A stretch of DNA of 63,533 nt, filler included. It is 13 parts of 13 records of this genome, joined end to end, with 100 filler letters (N's around TTAATTAATTAA, not from the genome) between each part and the next. Parts side by side here need not be neighbours in the genome. Positions count along the whole stretch, not along the records: positions 8,220 to 12,226 come from SRR7504441_8381; positions 12,327 to 15,573 come from SRR7504441_8387; positions 15,674 to 20,916 come from SRR7504441_8394; positions 21,017 to 25,083 come from SRR7504441_8400; 9 more parts are not named here. One strand, written 5' to 3'. Position numbers and translations under genes: made by a program. The first letter of the stretch is position 1; every line of letters begins with the position of its first letter. The notes under the pieces are model-generated. The model searched no databases and was not told the DNA's origin. It saw nothing but the letters and a program-made list of their open reading frames with translations. Positions 11,401 through 21,361 of the stretch are shown piece by piece.

Positions 11401-12174
11401 CAGCGCGGCGCAGGACACAGTCGGAGCATGGGTGGGTGGGGTGGTGGTCGGATAAGGAGTGGGGGCCTGGCTCCGGACACATGGTTGGTCTGTGGGGCTC
11501 CAGCAGCCGGACTGGCCGGCGGGGCATCCGGAGCTGGTGCAGAAGAGCTCACTGGTCCCGCAGTCGTATCCGGCCGCGTTGGCATCATCGGGAGAGCAGG
11601 TGAACCCGAGCTGGCTAGCGGGGCACACCTGCTTCATTTGGCCCGGCGCGATCAGATCCGGGACTTGGATGGTCGGGCAGGGAGGGCCGGGGGTTGGGGC
11701 CCCTGTGCTGAACCCGGGCTTGCAAGGGTCCGGCTCAGACCAGCCAAAGCCGCTCGAGGAGCCGTCCACAACGCATATGGTGCTCTTGCAGACCCACCCG
11801 CAGCCCGGCTCGGCCGGTTCGGTCGGATCGCATTTCCATTTTGGTGTGCAAGTTGTGCCCACGGCGGAGGGCATGCAGGCCACTTTGTCCCCGTAGCTGA
11901 TCAGCGGGCACCCGCCGGTTGGGCTGGCGGTTGTGGGCCCGGCGGTGATCAGTTGGCACAGGTCGCAGTCCGCCCCGCAGCTCCACTGACCGGCCAGGGT
12001 GCACACGGCTTTGGAGCATTGGTAGCCGGTGTACTTTGGGGCGCACTCGCTCCCCGGCTGGGAGGTTGGGCACATCAGCCCGCCGACCGGGGCCTTGAGC
12101 TCGGGACAGGAGGTGGCCCTCGCGGCGCCCACGAGCAGCAGCCAAGCGACCAGCTGAGCCAGATTGATTGGCAT
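8413..12174 (-). CDS. Type I membrane surface protein: signal peptide, about 10 Cys-rich repeats with Pro/Thr (PTAAPT) linkers, SEA-like region, TM helix and acidic cytoplasmic tail (multi-exon)
   Basis: Signal peptide MPINLAQLVAWLLLVGAARA; repeated CP..C..G..C.P..GY.C...C...W...PC units; FQTALRESIADILDI; TM MWFVVGFGIAGTLVVITAVHVYLM; spliced tail ends ...YREGHSDI* (TGA at 8413-8415). Confidence 0.8.
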
Positions 12175-12326
12175 GTCCTGAGGGCTTGGGGGTGTGGGAT
12201 CAGCTGGAGGCGCAGGGGCTGGGAGCNNNNNNNNNNNNNNNNNNNNNNNNNNNNNNNNNNNNNNNNNNNNTTAATTAATTAANNNNNNNNNNNNNNNNNN
12301 NNNNNNNNNNNNNNNNNNNNNNNNNN

Positions 12327-13432
12327 TTGCCGACCACCGCGTCGTTCAGGCACCAGAACTCCCACAGCCGCCCCCCGCCGTGCTTGACTAGAGTGTCTGA
12401 GAATAAGCTGTACACCTGCGGGTAGAACGAGAGATGGGTCGCCGTCGAATAGAACGGGAACTTGCGCCTCGCCAGCATGGCTTGACTCAGCTCAGCGACC
12501 ATTGCCAGCACGCCGCGAGAGTAGTTGGCTTGCCTGCTGTACGGCCCCAGAGTTGCAGCAGCAACGTACTCCGGGGAGGTCCAGTTCATCATCAGCCAGG
12601 TGACCTCGTCGAAAATCACACCATCGCATACAGCAGCCTCCATGAACGGCTGCATGACAACTTGCATGAAATATCGGCGACAGGCCGGCTTCCCAAAGTC
12701 GTAAAGTCGGGATTCCATCCCTAGCCCCTGGTCAGCAATGATCGGTCCAGAGTGTGTCCCGCTTCCCCACCCGGCTGGAGTGCCGTTGAGCGGCTTGCCT
12801 GAGGCGTCACGCAGCCACAGCGCAGCATTCTCCGTGTGCGCAAACCCAGCCTGGCCAGCGTAATGGGTCTGAGCCACTGTGAAATACGCGTACGGCAGGT
12901 AGCGCTGACCAGGGTTGACACTCTTAGTGGCGGCGCCTGCAATCATCATCCGAGCCTCCGCATCGGCCCGCCACCGGCCCTGTGGCGCCAACCCAGTGGC
13001 GTGGTCCACGCATCTGCAGTTGTTGAAGCCTTGACAACTCGCGCTCCCGTTTACGCACGAGACGTCCCAGGTCTGGGTGGCGAACAGGCTGAAATTCGAG
13101 TAATAAACTGCCTCGGACGAGTTCAGCTGCCCAGCTCCGTCGTCCCGGCCCGGCGATCCCGTGTAGGCCGGAGCCGGTGGCGGGATCTTTGGACAGTTGG
13201 GGCATGAACAGTCGGGCGGCAGGCAAACCGGCCAAGGCGGGCTCGGTGGCGGGGGTGGGGCGTCGTCCATGTCAGTCGTGAAGCCCGGCATAGACCAGGT
13301 CTGCACCGTCTCCCAGGACCACGGCCATGGCGGTCGAGGGGGAGGCACGGTCGAGGGAGAGGCGCGGCCGATGCACCCCGCGCCCAAGAGCACCGCAAAG
13401 GCACTGCCAATGATGCTCGGTCCCGCCAGCAT
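12327..13432 (-). CDS. Secreted GHL15-like glycoside hydrolase (3'-truncated)
   Basis: Signal peptide; motifs WSWETVQTW, LWLRDASGKP, LYDFGKPACRRYF and CDGVIFDEV. Confidence 0.65.
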
Positions 13433-13470
13433 AGAGAGCCCTTGGTAGTCTTGCCGTTAGACAACTCGCG

Positions 13471-15387
13471 ATGTTGCTGTGGCTCTTGACCCTCGGGCTG
13501 GCGGCTGCGGCCCGATCCTGCACCCCGGGGCATAGCCTGGGCGGGGGGGTCCTCTTCACCGCCAACATGACCGCTGAGCAAGCCAACCAGTGGTGCGTCT
13601 CCAGCGCTCCGCGCTGCGCCGGCTGGGTCAGCTCTCAGCTCGCCTGCGGCTCCGGCTCGCCGGGCACGGTTTACTTCAAGGATAGCTACGGGGCCGCCCG
13701 CCCCGTCGCGGCGGCCGGGTGGTCGTACTGGCTCCCAGTGCCGCCCCCGCCGCCTACAGTGACCGTAAAGACCGAGCAAGGCACGCTCAAATGCTTGTCC
13801 TCTGCGTACCGGCCCGGTCCTCTGGCTAATCGCTCCACCAATGCTTGTCTCGGGGTGCCGTTTGCCGCCCCGCCGGTGGGAGACCTCCGCTGGCGGCCGC
13901 CTGCCCCGGTCCGAGGCTACCCTGGAGGGCTGAGGAACGCCACAGCGTCGGCGGCCCACTGTATCCAGGGGAACCAAGCCGGCCCCTCAGGCTGGCACGG
14001 CGGGACGGCTGAAGATTGCCTGTATCTCGACGCCTACTTTCCGGCCAAACGGTCGCCTGACGGCAAGGGCTGGCCGGTAGTGGTCTGGATGCACGGCGGT
14101 GCCTATGCGCTCGGAGCAATGCCGGTGTTTGCTGCGGATGTCGAGCTAGCCGGGGACGTGGTGCGCTTTATCTGGACGCCAGCGGTCTGATCAGCACTGT
14201 GCCAGGTGTACTTTGGGATACAGTACCGGCTCAACGTGTACGGGTATCTAGGGAGCGAGGCCCTCCGATCGCGGGACATTCATGCTAATTCGACAGGCAA
14301 CTACGGGCTGCAGGATCAGAGGGAGGCGCTCAGGTGGGTGCGGGCCAACGCGGCTGCGTTCGGCGGGAACCCAGACAAGATCTCGATCGACGGCTGCTCC
14401 GCCGGGGGAGGGAGCACTGCGAACCATATGGTCAACCCACGCTCGTGGCCTTACTTTGACCAGGCAGCTGGCGAGTCGGGGGCGTTTTCCAAGTGGATTG
14501 TGAACCCGATGGACTGGGCAGAGCAGTTTTACAGCGCGGTGCAGAACGCGTCCGGCTGCCGGAACGTAGAATGCCTGGTAGGCCTGTCAGCCGCTCAGCT
14601 CTCGACGGCGGCGCTGGTGGCGAGCTTCAGTGCTGCCAGCCTGGGCGATGCCAGATCGTTTGGATTGCCGTATGCGCCAGTGATAGATGGCGTGGAGATA
14701 TTGGATGAACCGCACGCACTACTCGCTCGCGGGCAGTTTTTCAAAGGCCCGACGCTGATGGGGACTGCCAGAGACGAGACTTGCGCACCGCTACTTCGCA
14801 GTCTACCTACGAATATGAACGCCTCCGGCTTTCTGAGCTACGCTAATTCGACCTACAGCCCGGCCGGCGCGAATGCCTCCACACTAGCCGAGCTGTACAG
14901 AGGGCACCCTGCAGTTGCCGGGCGCAGTTCGTGGTGGTGGGCTGCCACGGCGCTCTCGTCGGATTATACAATGCACTGCCCAACTCGATTTGCAGGCGAG
15001 CAGATCTCTCAGGGCTCGTCTGGCGTGTGGCTGTATTCATACAACGTCACCGCCCAGAAGGACTGTGTCACGCACTGCTCGGAGCTGTATGGTATCGTGC
15101 TCGGCTCGCCCTCGAGCGGGCCCACCTCGTCGAGCGGGCTGCCGGACCCTGCAACGCCGTATGGGCTAGTGATGCAGACAATGGCCAAGTACTGGATATC
15201 GTTCTACAGGACTGGCGATCCCAACACTGAGCGGCAGGAGGGCGCGGCAGACTGGGTCCGGTATGCCAACTCTACTGGCAACGTGATGACGTTCTCGCTC
15301 CCTGCTGATGGCGGGGTTGCGCCGGTGCAGCAATACCGCAAGGCTCCGTGCGATTATTGGGAGCAGCTTCGCGGCTACCCGAACTGA
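13471..15387 (+). CDS. Secreted type-B carboxylesterase/lipase with a small N-terminal Cys domain (one intron, 14161-14205)
   Basis: Motifs LGVPFAAPPVGDLRWRPP, EDCLYL, VVVWMHGGAY, QYRLN and GNYGLQDQ. Nucleophile elbow GCSAG, acid GTARDE and His THCSEL. Confidence 0.9.
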
Positions 15388-15746
15388 ATAATTAGAATGT
15401 TGTTAGAAATACAGTTGGTCACCTGGCGCGCAGCAGCCTGGCCGCAGTGGCCAGCGACGGCTCTGAGGCCTCTCTGAGCTCTATTAATTACGACGTATTA
15501 CGACGAGGTGCATCGTATTTACGATCGTAATGACAGGCTTGAGCACTGCACCCAGAACTGATGTCGTCCTGCCNNNNNNNNNNNNNNNNNNNNNNNNNNN
15601 NNNNNNNNNNNNNNNNNTTAATTAATTAANNNNNNNNNNNNNNNNNNNNNNNNNNNNNNNNNNNNNNNNNNNNCCAACGGACGTCTTGTGGACCACCCTA
15701 TCTCAGTCGAGTGGCGGTTGTGGAAAAGTTTGGGATACGAAATCAC

Positions 15747-16805
15747 ATGGTCGTCTGCCCATCCGGCCACCCAGCCACTAATCGGCCTGCGTGTCGGCAG
15801 CCTCGGTTCTCAAGCACACTCACCCTCTGCCTGGCCGCGCTCTGCCTGGCCGCGGTGCTCGCCTCCCCGGACCGAGCGCCCGGCCTCACGACCCGCGGAC
15901 ACACGGCAACCGCATGGCCTGACCCGATGCGCGGACTCATGAATACGCAGGACGCCAAAGCGCTCAAAGTGCCGGCTCGAGCCAATGCGGCGGACGTCAT
16001 TCTCCCCGAGGTCACCGCCTTGGTCGCCGCGAGCCCGACACTCCTCCAAGCCGGCGAGCTCCCGCCCCGGTCCCGGGCTGAGGCGGTTGCGGCAGACATG
16101 GCCGATGGCGAGTATTCGGATGCCGAGCTGAACTCGATGCTTGAATACCCGGAGAACTTGCTCGATCCCGAGGACAGACAGATGCTGCAAGAGATGCTCG
16201 GTTATCATGTCATGCCTGATGGTATGCTCATGAAAGGTAAGCGGCACGGCGAGAGCATGCTGCTCCAGACTCAGGTCCGGTTCTTTGGCCGAGTGGTCAA
16301 GCGACTGCTCAAGAAGACGTGCAAGACCGGGATCGAGATGGCAATGGGCAATCCGCAAGTGCACGCGGGTGTGCAGAGGTTGGAGACTGCCCGAACTCAG
16401 ACGCCTGAGCAGACTTGCGGACCTCTGAATGACAAGGCAGTGGAGGCGATGAGGGCCAAGCCCAAGACCCAGATGGGCAGGTGGGTGGTCGAAAAAATGC
16501 TCGAGCACGGACTGCGCGCCAAGATGGACGAGATGTGCATTGCGGGCATGACCAAGCTCAAGGAGCTCTTTGAAAGAGCGCAGGCGAGGGCGAAGCAGCA
16601 CCTCGACGAACGCCTTGGTGAACACCTCAACTCAGACACCGACATGGACCAGGCGACCGGCCGCAGGCTACTCGGCAAGGGTCAAGGCGCGGCTCCCGCG
16701 GTCAGTCCTTTGACCGAGGAAGTGAAAGAGAACATTTGCCCCCCTTTTGCCAAGTACATGACTGCGGCACTCAAGACTGGAGCTTATGCGCTCATGAGTG
16801 GCTAG
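15747..16805 (+). CDS. Uncharacterised secreted or membrane-anchored helical protein
   Basis: Long ORF with hydrophobic LTLCLAALCLAAVLA, a HVMPDGMLMKGKRH motif, a cationic segment and 4 spaced Cys in the C-terminal half. Confidence 0.65.
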   Translation: MVVCPSGHPATNRPACRQPRFSSTLTLCLAALCLAAVLASPDRAPGLTTRGHTATAWPDPMRGLMNTQDAKALKVPARANAADVILPEVTALVAASPTLLQAGELPPRSRAEAVAADMADGEYSDAELNSMLEYPENLLDPEDRQMLQEMLGYHVMPDGMLMKGKRHGESMLLQTQVRFFGRVVKRLLKKTCKTGIEMAMGNPQVHAGVQRLETARTQTPEQTCGPLNDKAVEAMRAKPKTQMGRWVVEKMLEHGLRAKMDEMCIAGMTKLKELFERAQARAKQHLDERLGEHLNSDTDMDQATGRRLLGKGQGAAPAVSPLTEEVKENICPPFAKYMTAALKTGAYALMSG

Positions 16806-17132
16806 ATTCAAGAAAGTCCAACCCGGTAACACCCGGCTGGTATACTGACAGATCTAGATTCACGCGCTCTGCTCTAATGTTACGTACGTAGTAGATTCGT
16901 AGATTTATTTACTTAAATAAATTCGATTTCCGGCATGTAGTAACTGTCATCGATCTACGGTACCCGGTTCTTCTCACGCTCTCTCCTCCTCGTTTGTTTT
17001 CAGCTCCTCACGCCCGACCTCGGCCAGCCGGTGCCCAGCTGCAGCATTCGATCTACACGGCAGACCCGACGAGAGGTGTTGTAGGTTGCACGCGGGAGTC
17101 ACTACAGGAGAGTGGCGCCAGGCCCTGCTGGG

Positions 17133-20100
17133 ATGGAGCCAGGCAGCAGCTGGGCGTCGTCCTGGCCGGCCGACTGGTCCCAACTGGCCGAGGCCGGTGA
17201 CCGGTCACTTCTGTCGATGCTGGTGCTCAAGCTCACGGTGCTGAGTCAGGAGCGCGCCAGCCAGAAGATTGCGGCCCGTCAGACCGAGCTAGCCGGGCCA
17301 AGTTGGGGGAAGGCGGGCCGCCAGCCGGCGGGGACACACGGCAGGGCAGCCGCGTTGGCCGGGCAGAGGGCGGTGGCCCGTGGCAAAGAGGCCGCGCTGG
17401 CCAGGGAGGGGGGTGCCGGCTGGGCGGGGACGGCTCACGGCGAAGCCGCACCGGCAGGGGCGGGGGCGGTGGCTCTGGAGAGGGGCACCGCGCGGGAAGG
17501 GGCGGCAGAGAGGGAGGCGGCGCTGGCGGGGACGGTGGCGGCGCTCGAGCGGAAGGTGCGGGATCTAACAGAGCGGAACTCGGCACTGGACGCCAGTGGG
17601 GAGGCGCTCGAACAGCTGCTGCGCACCGCCGCCGACGCGATGGAGTCCCCCGATTCAGGGCAGGGCTGGGAGCAGCCCGGGGGCACCAGTGGCGCAGCAG
17701 GGGGCGGTTGGGCGCCAGTGGGCGCAGGTGAGACGAGAGCGGCACTGGAGCTCGAGATGGCGCAGGCCAGGCAGCAGGCCGAGGCCGAACTTGCCAAGCT
17801 CGAGGCCCGGCTGCGGGCAGCCGAGCGCGAGCGATTGGACGACGCCGAGATGAGCGCGACGGCGCTGCGGGTGCTGCAAGAGCACGCTTCGGGGCTTGAG
17901 GCGCAGCTGTTGGCCGCCCAGCTGAGCCCTCCAGTGCGGGAGGCTGAGATTGGAGCTGAACTCACCCTGGCCGGGCTGGATGGCTGGTGCGGGGAGGCGG
18001 GCGAGGGTGGGTCCGAGCAGACTGATACTCGACCGGAGAGTGCGATCTCATTGCACAGTGCGATCTCAGAACAAGTGCTCGAGCTTGAAGGGTCTCTGGA
18101 GACTGCCAGGCAGGAGACGGTGGAGGCCCGGGATGAGCAGGCCAAGTTTAGCGCCAGGCTTGAGCAGGCGCTCGAGCAGAAGATTGGTACGCTCGAGGCA
18201 GAACTGATCCGGGCGCAGAGGCTAAATGAGGAGATGCGGTCGGAGTTGACAACGGCGCGAGCCCAAGCATCGGACAGGGCAGCTGAACTGGAGAGGATGG
18301 GGGATTTGGAGGCCAGTATGAAGGCGATGCAGTCGGAGTTATCGCGGGCCAAAGGCGAAGCGTCGGCTAAGAGGATCGAGCTGGAAAACGATCTGCTTGA
18401 TGAATACATGGAGGCACAGGACGCGCTCAAGCAAGGCATATTGGAGCTGCAGGAGCAAGCCGGGGCTGCGGAGAGGCGGCATGAGACAGACCAACGGCAA
18501 ATCGCCGAGCTGAAGGAAGCGAAGCAGCAGGGCGAGACACGCATGGCAGGGCTTGAGGCTCGATGCAGCATGCAGGCTGCTCGGGTGGGTGAGCTTGAGG
18601 AGCAGCTTAAACTCGATAGACAGGTCAGTGCCGAGACTGAGCGGCTGCTGAAAGAGCATTTGGAGCTATTGGAAGGGAATCTACTCCAAGCGCAGCAAAG
18701 TTTGCTCGAAGCAGAACAGCGTTTCGGCACCGGGAGAGAGCAGCAAGAGCGAGAGCAAGCGCAGGAGCGGCTAGCGCGCAGCCAACATCTGCAAGGTCAG
18801 CTTGACGCCCTCGGTTGCTCGCTCCGGACTTCCAAGAAACCTCCTGGTGGTGAGCACGAGCGGGTTTCGGTCAGTGAGAGATTTGATGAAGCTTATGCTC
18901 ATTTGGTGAGCTCAAATGGACAGCAGCCTGCACCTGTGGCAAATTATCCCGTGACCAATCCAGAGAGCAGACAGCCCGAATCGGCGCCGAAATCGGAATC
19001 AGACGACAAACTGCATTCAAATGATAAACAGATACTTGAGCAGAGAGTTTCGGACCTTGAAGCCGTGCTGGCTCTCAAAGAGTCTGCCAATAAGCTGTTA
19101 GAAGCCAAGTTGGCTCAAGAAACAGAAGGCTTGACCACGCGAGTCGCTCAACTGCAAGACGAGCTTCGAGATGAAAGAGTCGAAAACGTGAATCAATTAA
19201 ACAAACAGGACGAGCTCATTCAGGCTCTAAACACGAGATTAAGCAGCACACTGACACAAGCTTCAGCAAACGAGCATAAGCTTCAAGAAAAAGCCTCAGA
19301 ACTTGAGCTGTTAAAGGTGAGCAGCCTCGGCATACCAAAGTATTAGCATACTTGGCACGTGCCCAACCTGCCCGCCTCTTACAGCTATTGCGCAAGTAAT
19401 ATACTACGGCGAGAAAGAGCTGCACCTATTGGGGCTGTCGGGTCTAGACCCATAACTGGCATAGCGCCGTAGCGAATAGCAGTAATGACTCACAACTGAG
19501 ATGACTCATTTGGTGTCGACAGGCGAAGTACAAGAGTAACCAAGCACAGCTTTCTTCAAAGACAGGCGAGGTCTCTGTTCTGGAAGACAAGCTCAGGGAA
19601 GCCGGGGACGAGCAGAGGACTCTGCGAGGCATCATTGAGGTGCAGGTGGACAAAAAAGGCCCCGCGAAGAGCGGGAAGCATCTAGTTGATGCGTTTGAGA
19701 AGGTCAAGCGGTGCGTCAGGCTCTGGCTCCTAAGACGCCGTGTGCAAAAGCTGATTCGCATCGATGGACTGGATCAGCTTAAAAAGTGCATGGCAAGCAA
19801 GCACGGAGCCTTTGAGGCACTCGTTGAATACGAACAAAAGTTTGCTGATGCCATGATGAGATTCCATAAGCTGCTCCTGCAACCCATCGCTCCATTGATA
19901 CCTTCTCTGGCAAGTAATACTCGTCACCTTCTGTTCGTGTCCTTTTATGATCAGTTTTGTTCGGCCACCAAACGCATGGCAGACGCTTCTGCTAAAGCTG
20001 TGGTGAACCTGACCACATCGGCAGCGAGCTTGGGGAAGGGCCAGGCTCTCGCAGACTTCTTTGCAATCGCAACAACATTCCGCTGGCAGCAGGAACCATT

Positions 20101-20916
20101 CCTGAATAGGACATCTGAAATGCTAGATAAGCTGTTTCTTACGATCAAAGATGAACCAGAGTCGGAGTTCAAGATCGCAGTACAGGCACAATCAAGAGTC
20201 CTCCTCACAGCCTGTTCAACCAAGTCTGTTCAGAGCTACTTTATCATGCCGCTGCAGGCTTGCATCACCCGAAAGAGCCTGGTGGATTCTTTCATTAAGA
20301 AGTTGCCACCCTTGGACGTGCACCGAGCGGATTTTGTAGCCGCTCAGAATGGTCTGAAGTTTTCAGCCGATGCTCTGAAAGAAAGTTCTGCGCGATTCTC
20401 CGCCTTATTACGGGTCGAGGCTCAGGTCCACGGCCGCTATTCGCGGGACTGGGTAAATGATCGGTCACAGCTACTGCAAGAAGGAGAGCTCTCTTGGATG
20501 TCGAGCTGTTCGTGGGGAAGTGTAGTATCTAGCGACGTCAACCTCGAAAATTCCTGTCCTCAGCAGGTCCATGCATTTCTACTCAGCGACAGGTTGATCT
20601 TGGCCAGTTTAGACCCAGAAAGTAACAGCAAGCAATTCTGCAGAATGGTGCACGCCTCGTCCATGGGTCACGCTTCTTCTATGGCCTCAAAGCATCCTTA
20701 TACGGTTGAAATCGTGAGGAAAGACGGCTATTTTGGGCTTCTAATTCACGGGATCGAGCACGCAGCATACATTAAGAGTCTAACGGTTGAGCAGCGGAGC
20801 ACCTTGCTCGCAAGTTTGAACCTCGGACTCACAGCAGAAGCTCTCTCAGACCTCTCTGGGTGCGCTCAAATGGAGCACATAATGTCAGCGGTACAGAAAC
20901 ACGGAGCGGAGGCGAT
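17133..20916 (+). CDS. Long coiled-coil protein with a C-terminal DH-PH (RhoGEF-like) region, 3'-truncated; intron 19317-19522
   Basis: E/Q/L/A heptads over about 600 aa. DH-like ALVEYEQKF and YFIMPLQ; PH-like LLQEGEL and HAFLLSDRLILA. Splicing joins the two ORFs in frame. Confidence 0.7.
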
Positions 20917-21361
20917 NNNNNNNNNNNNNNNNNNNNNNNNNNNNNNNNNNNNNNNNNNNNTTAATTAATTAANNNNNNNNNNNNNNNNNNNNNNNNNNNN
21001 NNNNNNNNNNNNNNNNGCCGCCATCAAGGCTGCCTGGGGGTCCGCCATGGAATGCCACTGGTACCCCGCAACAGTTATCTGTTACACCCAATGCTTCCAC
21101 ACGACGGCCAGCGCCGAATGCCCCCGGTCATTCATCAGCCGGGGCGGCGGGATGGGTGTGCGTGTTTGCAGCTGAGCTTATGAGGCCGTTATGGAGTCTC
21201 CGTGCTTTTAAGGCACCAGCGCAGCGGTCACTGACCACAGGAGAGAGGCACGGCGCTCCACCACAGAGTTTGCCGTTGTGTAGAACGCCAACGCTGATTC
21301 AGCGGACCTGAAGAGTTGCTTTGCCGTTGTCGAGAAACGGCCACCTGCAGATCGACAGGGG

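Noticed and set aside
17435-18730. Long antisense and alternate-frame ORFs (e.g. 431 aa here, and many Arg/Pro/Gly-rich ORFs elsewhere)
   Set aside because: These are expected by-products of high GC and codon bias. They have no motifs and overlap well-supported genes.
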